A stretch of DNA of 64,000 bases from Epiperipatus broadwayi (lineage: Eukaryota; Animalia; Onychophora). This document shows, in pieces, positions 51,479-63,606 of this stretch. The notes beneath the pieces were generated by a model. It was not told the origin of the DNA, ran no database searches, and was given only the letters and a program-made list of their open reading frames with translations. A program made the translations under genes and the position numbers. Numbering within the stretch: position 1 is the stretch's first letter; every line of letters starts with the position of its first letter. The DNA lies in contig JAQFVV010000004.1 in the NCBI GenBank assembly GCA_028023455.1, positions 17,050,001-17,114,000 of the forward strand, read 5' to 3'.

Positions 51479-53586
51479 TGCCAGAGTAGGTTCAGACACT
51501 AGATCTAAAAATACCAGCCCAAAGCCAGCATTTATCTAAAAGTTATCTATTGAGTTGAAAATTTGAAATTTTCAGACACCTACATGTCTTCAAATCCAGC
51601 TATCCAACCCAAATAGCTATATGGGGCTGATAGATCTTCAGCCATACCATATATTAGTAGTCTTAGCAGTATAACATCGCATAAGACTTAAGGCAGAGAC
51701 TATAAATAGCCTAAAATAAGGGTCATAGATCACATGACCTTATTCTCTTAAGCTTTTAAATATTAGTACTCATAAAATCTTACATTATAATGCTGCATCG
51801 TCTTTGAAGACCCCTATCAAGTAACTTATTATTAATCTGATTCTTTTAGATATGTGTTAGCTAAGTTAAGGTATGCACATAGTATTTCACCTTTGCATTA
51901 AAGAACAAGCACTAACAAAATGACTTAAATTAACTGTAAATGTTCACAACATGCATACCATTACAAAGTCAGACCTATAAACTATGTATTTGATTCTTCC
52001 ACTGCATTCAAATTAACACAATCCAATAAATAGTCTCTGACTACTTGGAGTACAAAATAAAATTCTCAGGGAGAAATGTCTCTAAACCTGGAATTAAATC
52101 ACAGCCTCCAAAGAGTATCTCAAGCAGGAATAATATATTATATGGAGGTAAATAAGCATACAGAATTTGACTGATGTGAATAAAATATCTATAGGATCTT
52201 TATATAAAATATGCACACACATATATATATCAATTTTTAATTTCAGATATTTATGTGAAACAAACAAAATAAATATTAAACTGATTCAATGTTTTAAGCA
52301 TACTAAAATTACCTTATTTCACTATATATCTACATGCACATCATGTTAGACGCACATATCTTATATTACTTTGAAATATATTGTTGAAACAATTTGAATA
52401 GCTTCAGAGATAACTTTTTTTTTTACTATTTAAAAACTAAATCTTATATTCTTTTAAAACAGATTCATTCTGGAAGAAAAATTGATATTTATTTAATTAA
52501 ATGTTGTTTATTTTAAAATTAAATTTTGATTATTAAAATCATCTTTGATATTCAAAACTCTTTAGGAGGAAAAGAAAAAAAAGAACAAATTTAAGAAACA
52601 AAAGTGATTTTATTTTATATCTCGAATATTTAAAGATGTCAACTATTATACCCAACTAAATTTAAAAATAAATAGTTTGTATATCTTTGAAATATAAATA
52701 AAATTAATATCTAAAATTGCCTAAATAAAATTATAAATTATGTGATATACTTACTACCTTATGGTAAATAAAATTTTAAAATTTGTTAAAATCATTCATA
52801 AAGTAAATAAATTGGTTACCTTAAGTCCACGATATGGCAGAGGGAAGATTGTTTCTCAATAAAGGTAGAATTACATTTACATATATACGTTTTCAAAAAG
52901 AGAGTTCTTTGATGATTTATTAGTAAAATCTTTCTATTTACAGTTTTTAAATCTTAGTTATAATGAGGTTTTACATATCCAGATAGAGTTTGTTTTGAAA
53001 ATTTGTTCACTTACATTATTGAGAAACTTGTTTGTTTTAACTGCAATTTAATATATGTGAAGATAGTTGATACAATATTTGATCTAATTCAGCAAACAAG
53101 GTTCAACATCTTGACTGGTTCTTCAGTCAGATTTTGCTGCATATGCTTATTAGTGCAGCTGCTGGTAAAGGTTCCATGTATTTCATGGTGGCCACAATGA
53201 TCAATTGTGGTGAATGGTGAGTAGAAATAGTGACAAAAACCCAAAGACAAAATTATTTTCTGAATCTTCCTTTTATATCATTACCAATTTTGCAAAATAC
53301 ATTATTTTCTTTAATTAAACAAGCTAGTAATTATTTTAATTATTCATGCTTACAAAATTCATCAGATAAGTAAACAGCATGTTTATAAATAACACTAGCT
53401 ATCATAATTCCTGAAAATATGTTTAGTTGACATTTTAAAATATTTCCAAAACATGAAACAAAGCTCAAAAGAAATTAGTTTTCTAAGAATTTCAATTAAT
53501 AATAAGATAAGCTATTTGAAATAGGCGCTACTGCACCTGAACGCAAAGCTATTTTATACTTAAAACAAAATAAAATTATACTATTC

Positions 53587-53626
53587 TGCAAGCGCTTTCA
53601 AGAGACGTGCTCTCATCTTCAAAGCT
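53587..53626 (-). ncRNA. Hammerhead-like motif, U3/G8 core, weak stem I
   Basis: AGCT TTGAAGA T GAGAG CACGT CTCTT GAAA GCGC T T GCA. Confidence 0.5.
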
Positions 53627-54039
53627 TTAAGTGAATTAATTATATGCAATTATGCAAAGTTCAAGGTTAATTGCTCCATTTTCTTGTTATTGTGAAACAT
53701 GTGTCCTTGCGGTTGATGGCATTGCAATCCATTGATATGAAGCGGACCTCCTTCACTTTTCTTTTCAAATTGTGCCTTTCTTTGCAGACCAGGCTGACAT
53801 CTTTAGGTTCACACTGGTGTATTTTTTGATGAATTGCAAAAATTGAATAACGTGTTGGATCTGACTGAGCTTTAATGTATGCAAAGAAAGGCACGATTTG
53901 AAAAGAAAAGTGAAGAAGGCCTGCTTCATATCGATGGATTGCAACACCATCAACCGCAAGGACACATGTTTCACAATAACAAGAAAATGGAGCAATTAAC
54001 CTTGAACTTTGCAAAATTGCATATAATTAATTCACTTAG

Positions 54040-54080
54040 AGCTTTGAAGATGAGAGCACGTCTCTTGAAAGCGCTTGCAG
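54040..54080 (+). ncRNA. Hammerhead-like motif, U3/G8 core, weak stem I
   Basis: Same motif as 53587-53626, in the opposite orientation. Confidence 0.5.
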
Positions 54081-54581
54081 AATAGTATAATTTTATTTTG
54101 TTTTAAGTATAAAATAGCTTTGCGTTCAGGTGCAATAGTGCCTATATTATTTTACAAGTATTTTTATTTGCATGCAAAGTTTTTGTGTTAGATTTGAATT
54201 ATAAGCTATTTGAGCATAATTTTCTTAATTACATACTTTTTAAAATAAATTTATTTAGTTAAAATAAATTAGTTTCTTTACCTTTTAAAACTAATCTTAA
54301 AATTGACTCAATTTTATTTTAAGCATAGACCTTTAACAATGTGTGGATGTGCTATTGAAACCTATATGTGATATAAAAATATAAAATTAATTTGTGAAAT
54401 CTGAATTTTAAATTTACAATTACCATTTGTTTTTATTTTTAAAGCTAAATTATAAATTGAAATAGATGACTATCTATTTCAATACCTATTTATTTATGTT
54501 GCATTTCATTTTGATTATTTATATCAATTTTTTTTATATTCATTAATATTCTTCTATTTTAAGAATTATTTAACATTTTAG

Positions 54582-54674
54582 AAGATAGTTTGACCGAAGA
54601 TAATTGGAAAGACGTTTTTTGTGATGCCTTAAAACAAATTTTTCTACTACAATCAAGTATAGTTTGTAGAGCAG
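54582..54674 (+). CDS. TBC1D32: TBC1D32-like exon ((E)DSLTEDNWKDVFCDALKQIFLLQSSIVCRA); alternative in-frame acceptor at 54564
   Basis: ttttag acceptor and cag|gtataa donor, phase 1 to 1, in frame with both neighbours. Similarity to the recalled human sequence is weak here. Confidence 0.7.
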
Positions 54675-55309
54675 GTATAAATATATATTTATATAAATAG
54701 AAACACATATATGTATGAATAATAAAGAGTTCTTAAGGACCATCTTTAGTTAAATATGAAACTTTTATTAGATGTTGCATAGTCACCAATTAATAATAAT
54801 AACAATAATTAAATAATATATGCCATAGGACTAGAATCTATAGTTTCTTGTAACTTCTTTAGTTGCCATACAGTCATCAATTATATTTTTAAATGAAGCA
54901 GATGTCAGTTATCTTATTTGAAAGTGTGAATGTACTATGCACATATTTATTAAACATTTAGATTTTTATTATAAACAAATTCTTATTTAATTATATTCTG
55001 CATAAGATAGGAATTTAATTAATTCTACTTTTTATGTAAATCTTACTAGAAGTATTTTATTTGAACATATGAAAAATATAAATACATAAACTTACTAAAT
55101 TGTTCCAATTAAAAAAAATGTCTATTTCCTAAATTATAATTGGTTGGCTTTGAATAACATAATAGATGAAGTGAAAGTTTTTTAAAACTACAGACAATTA
55201 TTTTATGCTCTCTTGCTTTATCAGATATTTTTTCATTGATTAATAATTTCCTATAGACCAATTCAAAATTAAATCACTAGACAAATGAAATTAAAAATTC
55301 ACTATCAGT

Positions 55310-55512
55310 GGTTTTTTTGTCAAAGCCGACTTTTTAAGTGCAAAATATCACAAAACAAATATATACTATATTATCTTCTCACAATTCTACTTACCTTAAT
55401 ATTAAAAAAAGTTTTAAACAAATTAATAGCTTCAGAATCATAAATCTTTGATAAAAGGAATTCTTTAATTTTTCTATTCTTTTCATTCCTCTCCAAAAAG
55501 ACAATCTTAGCC
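55310..55512 (-). mobile_element. Penelope relic of the same family as the 1.0-1.9 kb element
   Basis: AKIVFLERNEKNRKIKEFLLSKIYDSEAINLFK versus AKVVFFERNEIKRRIKESLLLKIYYSEAINLFK. A decayed HHR lies at 55310-55340. Confidence 0.7.
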
Positions 55513-55642
55513 TACTGAAACATAATTTTAGCTAATAATTTAATTTTGAATTGGTATACTTGTATTATTATACTGATTATTTTGGTATTTAATATAATAT
55601 TATGGAATAAAAAAACTTTTGAAATAAAGGAGTGAGAAATAA

Positions 55643-55682
55643 GATCTGATGAAGACTGCTGGGAACAATCGAAACTGTTATC
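55643..55682 (+). ncRNA. Minimal type I hammerhead motif
   Basis: GAT CTGATGA A GACTG CTGGGAA CAATC GAAA CTG T T ATC. Stem I is GAT/ATC, stem II has one mismatch, and the triplet is GUU. Confidence 0.65.
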
Positions 55683-55899
55683 AAATTAATAAATATATTT
55701 TGCTAAATGTGTCAAAGAGTGGAGGTTTGATGTTATTTTTACACAAATTAAAAACATTACTTTTATTTGTATTTATGTTTTTAATGTATAATATGCCAAA
55801 TACATATGCAATTTTATTTTATATTAATGTATGTATATATATTTGGCTGCAGAGAGGACTTGGCTAGTAATTGAAAGATTTGATTCCTCTTTAAGAACA

Positions 55900-56300
55900 T
55901 AAAGGAATGGAACAAACAAATTTCTAATGCTTTCACTTTATCTTCTTGTTGTTGCAGCTGTTATTACTCTATGATTATTTGTATAGTAAACAAACATGAA
56001 TAGATTGTAACATGCATCATACAACATGATGAGTTTATTAGCTTTTTACCTCTTAAGTTTAAAATCAAAAACCCCGTGGTCTTTCTTCTCAAATACCTGA
56101 TAGTTTTTAATTGAAATATCAGTTGAGTTTTTTGAAGACAGGATGAATATATGTGTGAATGATTTTTTTTCTTCTTATACATATAAAATCAGATCACCAC
56201 TCTTTTTCCCAGAAGTCTTTAAAGTCATCATCTAAGCAGTGGTTAGCAACTGAAGTCATAAGTACTAACAAACTCCTAATTGTGGAACCAGGTTGATATT
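55900..56300 (-). mobile_element. LINE RT relic
   Basis: Minus strand has decayed LYKKK, LRGKK and LFTIQIIIE segments resembling RT domains 1-3. Confidence 0.3.
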
Positions 56301-56329
56301 CACTGACGATCTTTCATTTAGGTTTTTAC

Positions 56330-57975
56330 AACTGTAGATCATTTTCAGGTGAAGATTGTATGAATTAGAAGAAGAATTATCTAATGTTAAATGAGGCATT
56401 GTTAAAACAAGACAATGTACGAAGAAAAGAAGGAATATGAATATTTTTAAAAGTGGTCCATTAAGAAAAATTAAATATCTAGAATTTTTCTAAATGATAT
56501 GAAAAAGAATTAATAACAGCATAAGAAAGTATAATTGTGAATCGATAGGGAAAACTATAAAATAGAATCTAAAGTATAAAACAACATCTTTGTATTAGAA
56601 GAAAACTTATTCTTACAATATAAGAAGAAAAGATGGAACTATTATTTTTTTTAAGAAAGTCATTATGAAATGTGTAAAGGAATTCTAAAGAATTATTAGT
56701 AATAAATAAGAAAACAAAATATCCTCTACAATTATTACTTCTTCTGAATTGCCCAGTATTTTAAATTTAGAAGTGAGAAATGTAATGGTAGAATTATAAT
56801 TGATATCTTACAAGAAATAGATGAAGAAATAAAAAAACTGTTGGCAATGTTAGATACCAGATATCTAAATGATAAAGGTATACCAGATAATTAAACATTA
56901 TAGATCTATCAATTCTATATGTAAGATAATTACAATTTGTTATGGTGAACTTTGGGTTTTTAGCACAATGATTCACATCCAAGTATTGAGAAAAGTTATA
57001 GAAAGGACCAAAGATTATATTTTGAATTTGTAGATTATGAAAAGGCATTTGATTCTATAACTATTTATATGATGATTAAAGCCGTGGATCGTAAAGATAT
57101 AGATCCAGGATATTGCTATGTTCCGAACAATATTCATCAAAATGAAATAGCATTGATTAGATCATATAGTGATAATAAAAAGTTAACATTGATAAAGGTG
57201 TATGATAGGATGATTCCATATCTCCAAAACCTTTTATAGCAGTTTTACAAAAGGAATTTTGTGAATTAAAATGGGAAGATAAAGAAGTAAAAGTAAATGA
57301 GTTTATTTATGTCATCTACATTTTGCAGATGATCAGATTATTTTTGAAAATAATGTTTCATAGTTTTCAGAAAATGTTTCAAGAATTATCAGATGATTAA
57401 AATAAGAAGTAAGGCTAAAGATAAATGCTAAAAAAAACTAAAGAAATGTGCAGTGTATTTTCTCAGAACAAGAAAATAAAAATTGATAATCATGAATTCT
57501 ATATAATATAATTAAACTTGATGGATGATTTTGTTAGAAATAATTTATTATTAAAAAGAAATATATCTATATTGAAAAGTGATAATATTAATATGTGTTT
57601 TATTGGTTCTTTTGAGATTGGCACTTAATAGAAGAGGCAATACAAAGACTTCAGCTCACTGAATAAAGTGTTGGGAGATTTGTGATAGGAATAACAAAAT
57701 AAGATTAAAAGTGAAATCTCACTGATATCATTGAAAAATTAAGGGACTGAAATATACTGGACTGGACATATTGCCAAAAAAAATGATAATAAATGGATAG
57801 TTGCGAAATTTTAAATTAAAAATGCCAAACAGATTGCAAAAGACCTAGAAAGAGACTGCATGTAAAATGGGTGATTGAAATAAGGAAGTTTGCTGGTGTG
57901 ACGTGGAGAAGAGAAGCTAGAGATTGGAAAAACTGGATTAAGCTTGTACTTTCATTCTGCAGTGAATCTATAATC
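56330..57975 (+). mobile_element. RTE-type LINE, decayed RT through the 3' end
   Basis: VDYEKAFDSI (~57030), FADDQI (~57320), WTGHIA and an RPRKRLHVKWVIEIRKFAG-type C-terminus. Confidence 0.75.
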
Positions 57976-58489
57976 TTTTAAATTGATAATGAAATATTTG
58001 ATGAGCCTCACAATATAATGATTACCACCATATTTCTTAATCTTTTTATTTTATAGAAACTGGACTTGGTAGAAGCACAGTAAATAGATCGTTTTTGTGG
58101 TTTGTGTTTTTGTTTTATTGTGCTTATTAGTCAAAAGCTTATTATTATAAAGTTAATATTATCTATACCTTCAGATTGGCGTAGCAGAAAAAGGCATCCA
58201 TGACCTTTTATGAAAACTATAAATGGCCCATAAGGAACTGGAGGATAGAAATCTGACTAATAATAATTGAATGATTTATTGATCAGAAGTTCAAAGAAAT
58301 TCAGGCATCAGACGTAGCAGGGAAAAGTCATGATCTATGGACATTGAGTTCCAGAGTCATTTTCTATCACTGCACTAAATAGTGCAGTTTATAAAAATTT
58401 GATTCCTCATCAAAACAATACTGTTTTAAAGATCATGTAAAAATAGTTTCTCTAGAGCAATAGATCTTGTCATATTTAGAGTATGTATA

Positions 58490-58960
58490 AATCAAATCAC
58501 TGCAGGATGAAATTTCTCTCAAAGTTCAATCCATCTTCTCCAATTTCTAGCCTCTCTTCTCTATATCACACCAACACACTTTCTTATTTCATCCATCCAT
58601 TTCATACGTGGTCTTTTGGAATCCAGTTTAAGATTTCAACCGACCATTTATTATCATCTCTTCTAGCAATAAAGAAGTATTTTAGATATTTCCAGTAATT
58701 AAACTGAACATCTGCTTAAAACATTGAGTTAATATTAAAAAAGCCAATGCAAATCTCAGATATAACTGTTCTATCAGATCAATCATTTTAGTCCTTTGTT
58801 ACGCCTACTTTAACTTCCTCAATTCTAAAAATTTAATCATAATTTATTTCTAGCATAATTATTTCCCATTCAACTAATGAATTATTGCAGAGTAAGAACT
58901 TCCTAAACATTCAATGAATTGAAAGCAATCAACATAGCCATCAGTTTTTCAAATATACAA
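58490..58960 (-). mobile_element. RTE-type LINE 3' relic, tail-to-tail with the 56-58 kb copy
   Basis: Minus strand agaccacgtatgaaatggatggatgaaataagaaag...gaggctagaaattgg matches the 57840-57930 C-terminus. Confidence 0.55.
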
Positions 58961-59683
58961 TTTGAAATAAATATTGTTTTTAATAAATTTTAATTTTCAA
59001 TTTTTCATTCAAACTTAATGTCACATTGATTTAACTGAAATTAATTTCATTCAAGATTGTCTTAATTCCCAAGTGCAACAATCAGCTATTTTACTATGTT
59101 AGAAACACCAGTTTGGAGTGAAATATATTGTACTATTACATGGAATTAATAAATTATAATTAGCCATTTTTCCTTTTAGATTCTTTATTAAAAATTTCCT
59201 TTTGATTGTTGAACTTATCGGAATTTATTTTCTTTTGACTATTGAGCTATCAGAATTGGAAAATAAATTTATTTATTTATAATATAATCTCTTTATTGAT
59301 ATTTTGCTACTCAAATTTGTGAAGAAATTTGTACCAGGCAGAAAACACTTTCATTAAATTATCCAGACTGCAATTTTTTTTATCTTTCTTTTTATAATTG
59401 GCTATTAATATATGAATTTTATCCAGACTGAGATTTTTTTTACTTCTCTTTCTATAATTAGGTACTGATACAGGCATTTAACTTTTCTATCTGGCCATTG
59501 ACTAACTGCTCAAACAGAAAATAATATTTATTACAGTGTTTCAATAGAGCAGATAAGTTTTCAACTTAATAACTAAAATTCATAAAGTGTAAATTAATAA
59601 TTAAAAACTGGGTGTGTTTAAATATATTTATAAGTTAGGTTAGTTATTTATTTTATCTTTAAATACTTTTTTTTTTTTAATAG

Positions 59684-59746
59684 ATCTGTTCGATGTAATT
59701 ATCAAAATTGTATTGAAAATGAATAAAATATCAAGTGAAATAATTG
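59684..59746 (+). CDS. TBC1D32: TBC1D32-like exon ((D)LFDVIIKIVLKMNKISSEII)
   Basis: Poly-T plus tag acceptor and g|gtatgt donor, phase 1 to 1. Confidence 0.7.
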
Positions 59747-60118
59747 GTATGTATTATATTTATAACTTTTGTATTTTAACCAACATATTTTGCCTTCATA
59801 TTTAACTCACTACATATATTTGTAATGATAAGTGATATTTTTATACTGAATATATATATAGTCATTTGATACTCATCAAATCTATTTAATTAATAGTTGA
59901 ACTACCCTCTAGCCACCATGTTCAATTACTTGTTATAACAAGAAAATGACCATTTACTACTTTATTTTAATTTTTTTATATAGAGAACTCCAAAATAGCA
60001 GAAAACAATTTTAAAATATGTAGACTGATTTAAGATTGCTATCATTGCTCTCTGGTTTCTGTTGTTCTGAATAACTCTATATAAAGATATTACCAAAATC
60101 ACCTTTTCCTTTATTTTT

Positions 60119-60700
60119 GCTGTAATATCTTATATAAATCCAATTTATCCAAATCACTTCAAACACTTCTTAGCAAAAACCTTTTATTATACATATATAT
60201 GTTTCGACTGTCCTGCAGTCTTCTTCAGAGCTATGATATAATAAAATAAAATACATAATTATATAAATAATACCATAAAAATTGTAAAGAATAAAAACCT
60301 AATAAAACTGAAATAAATATGATTAAACCCAAATAAAATAATCCAGTTAATATAAAATAAAATATACAATACAAATAGAAAATAAATATTATTCCTAACT
60401 ATATATATATATTTTTTATTTGTATTGTATATTTTATTTTATATTAACTGGATTATTTTATTTAGGTTTAATTATGCTTATTTCAGTTTTATTAAGTTTT
60501 GTTATGGTATTATTTATATAGTTATGTATTTAATTTTATTTTGTTCCTTATATCATAGCTCTGAAGAAGACTACAGGACAGTCGAAATGTAGGTGTATGT
60601 ATATATATACAATAAAAGGTTTTTGCTAAAAAATATTCAAAGTGATTTGAATAAATTGGATCTATATAAAGATCTAAAATACAGTAAAATATGGTAATTT
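60119..60700. mobile_element. Non-coding fold-back element with head-to-head hammerhead motifs (PLE pLTR-derived)
   Basis: ~280-bp diverged inverted arms centred near 60400. HHR motifs at 60187-60232(-) and 60557-60600(+): CTGAAGA A GACTG CAGGA CAGTC GAAA. Confidence 0.75.
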
Positions 60701-60810
60701 TCCTACTGTAAATAGTTATTGAACATAGCATCTAGAGAGTTCAATTATTAAATTTTAGTGTACACATGCAATAATAAAATAATATTTTAAATATTCTTAT
60801 TTATTTTAAG

Positions 60811-60877
60811 ATCTCCCTTGTATACCAGAAGGAACACTTTCTAATATAGAACTTCTGGGAATAGACTATACTGTAAG
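60811..60877 (+). CDS. TBC1D32: TBC1D32-like exon ((D)LPCIPEGTLSNIELLGIDYTVR)
   Basis: ttttaag acceptor and ag|gtaaga donor, phase 1 to 2. It matches recalled human LSSVQQLGIKMTVR. Confidence 0.8.
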
Positions 60878-63606
60878 GTAAGAATAATATGTTCTTATGT
60901 ATCTCATACAGTGATTAAAAAAATTAATTAATCATAGACATTTATCCTATGCCAAATAAAAGTTTAAAACGTTTTTTGTTTTTGCATTTTAGTAAAATAA
61001 TTTAATTTTTTTTTTTTTTTTTTGTCAAACATGCTAGAGAAACAGACAACTTATATGACAACTGTATATTTTTATTACATAAGAATTTTTTCCCATGATG
61101 CATTGATATAAAATAAGTTGCTTATTAATATCCAGAGAGAGCAAAAATTAAAATTAAATAAAAAGAATACATATAATCAAATGAATTAACAAATTGCTGT
61201 TAATAATGATAAAGTGGAAATTGTGACAGTACCAAAAAAAAAATCATAAAAGTAATTTTAAAATAAAGATGTAAATCTCTTCGTAAAGTGATTTGATTTT
61301 TTTATCTAGATAATTTTAGCCATACAGGTGCTATTAATTTTCTGAAAGTTCTCTAAGCTATTAAAAATGTTAAAAAATTAACCAGATAAATTTAGAAAAA
61401 TGTCTACTTTAAAAGAAAGTAACATTAAGTGAGCAAAATCAAAATTCTACATGAATAACCAAAAAAAAAATTATAAATAAAACTTATATGTAATCTAAAA
61501 TAAGGTAAAAAATTATTTATGTTTTCATTTTTCAACTGATAAATCAGCTAATTTAGCTTTAAAGCATTCAATACTTGATTTAACAATTGGCAAAACTTAT
61601 CATGATGATGAATAAAAGATGTCAAATAAATGATCAAACATTAGAATCAAAATTGGTATTAGTTATCTTATTATAAAAATTAATTTACTTATTAATTTGA
61701 TGTAGAAAAAAAACCCCAAAATATTAAACAAAATTTGATAACTTTGTTGGATAAATAGATCTCAAAACCAATGATAACTTCTAATTTTAATGCAAGTCTT
61801 TTAAAATGTCAATAATACTTTGTTCTTCTGTTATAACTAAATGAAAGATTTTGAAGACTAATAGACAGTATATTCTTCTTTCATCAGGAAATACAACATG
61901 ATTGGAACAGTTAGATATAAAGTTTCTCTTAATAATTATAATGTATTATACAAAAGCACAAATAAAACATGCTTAGTCTTTTATAACATTTATTTACAAT
62001 AAGAAGTTATATTGTTTGTCAATAGATGGCCAGATTTAACTTTTGGGAAACTACCAAAGAAAATTTTTCAAAAATATTAGTTGAACAAAAAGATTGAAAT
62101 TCTCTTCAAATACTTGGTATTTGTATTTCAAAATGAAGTAAGATAAATGTGTAGAAAATTTATTAAATCTTAATAATAATAGATGAAGTTCTGACTATGT
62201 TTATGATTGAAGGAAGTTCAAATGTCAAAAATACTCAATATTTTTTTTAAAAATTACTTTCATGACCTCATCTCAGAGAATGTATCATAATTTTATTCTC
62301 TTCCTTTATTTTCTTCAAGAACTTCTCCCAATCATTTTAATCTTTTGATTTATTTGCCAAGCCATATAAGATATTTTTTGGGGGCAAAAAATCATATTAT
62401 TTTCAACTTTACACTTATATGTCAACAAAAACCAGTTATTTCTTTAAAACCTTTTAAAATTAATCAAGTGTTAAATAATAACAGAAACTGCTAACACAAT
62501 GATTTTTCTTAGACATCAATATTTATTTTCTTTTCTACAGATCAATATCAACCTAATTCACGATTAATCCATATTAATATTATTATTATCTTGGATATAG
62601 AAAATAATAGATAATATTTTTTTAATTCCATATTACTCTGCACAAAACCAACATTTTTTAACTGCATTATCTATTTGCTTATTGAAGATTAGTCCTGTAA
62701 AAAAATTATTTCCAGAACTTAATATATTAATACATGGATGACTAGATTTTCACACTATCTTTGTATTACATAATACAGTTTATTACTGAATAATATGAGT
62801 TCATTTGAATTTTAATTCTCTTCATTCTAGAATTAGCCAACCTAAAACAACTATTAATAAAAATAACCCTTTTTTTTAAGTGGTAATTTCCTCTCAATAA
62901 TTAAAAAGTAATTAACAAATTTATTGTACTGTATTATTAATTATCTTTCCATTTCTTTCATTATCCCACCTGAAAATATCATTTCATTGTTAGAGTTTAT
63001 TTTTATTTATCATTATAATCATAAGATAATTTTAAATTAATGCAACAAATTTTATACATTTATATTCAAGTGATGGATTTGCTATATAGAATTAATAGTA
63101 TTGAACAATTAAATTATTATTTATCTTTTATCAAACAAATTTATAAATTTTTAAATAATTTACTTTAAAAAACTTTACAGTATAAATTTCTAATTGGTAT
63201 CATTTTAGTGACTTAATCTCCACATTAATATCATTCTTATTATGATAATAATAATGATTACACTATTGTGGTCAATACAGCTTCGATCTTATTGAAAATT
63301 AAAATTGTAATTTGCAATTTATTGAGATTTTTTTGTTCACTTAGTATTTATTTGTATTATTTTAGCATAACTATAAATATTGGAGTATTATTTTTTTTTG
63401 CAAATAATGTGTGTGTATATATATATAAGTATAGAGGATTTGAACTCAGATTTTCAAGCACCCTTCAACTATCCACACTATCTCATACAACTGATACACA
63501 TCACATGTAGAAAAGATTAATAATCACCAATATACGTATTTCATGCTAAACCAGCACTCATCAGTTGGTCCAGACTATCATCTCTCACACATATATATAT
63601 AATCAA

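Larger units (their letters stand above)
50883..51755 (-). mobile_element. Tandem ~410-bp repeat array with one hammerhead per unit: putative non-LTR retrozyme
   Basis: Units at 50883-51288 and 51289-51708, plus a partial unit at 51709-51755. There is no ORF, there are several internal hairpins, and each full unit carries an HHR. Confidence 0.85.
53521..54146. mobile_element. Fold-back Penelope remnant (GIY-YIG C-terminus plus pLTR in both orientations), sister family to the 5.4-7.3 kb element
   Basis: Arms 53521-53787 and 53881-54146 are inverted. The ORF ends ERHNLKRKVKEVRFISMDCNAINRKDTCFTITRKWSN, versus ERHDLKRKIKEALFISRDSDAINRKDTCFSLSKRWN in the 5.4-7.3 kb element. Confidence 0.88.

Noticed and set aside
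50883-51755. CRISPR array or plain satellite
   Set aside because: The context is eukaryotic, the units are ~400 bp without unique spacers, and each carries an HHR.
61868-62117. Next TBC1D32 exons (EIQHDWN; MARFNFWETTKENF...)
   Set aside because: The phases do not join the phase-2 donor at 60877 without stops, and the expected YG motif was not found.
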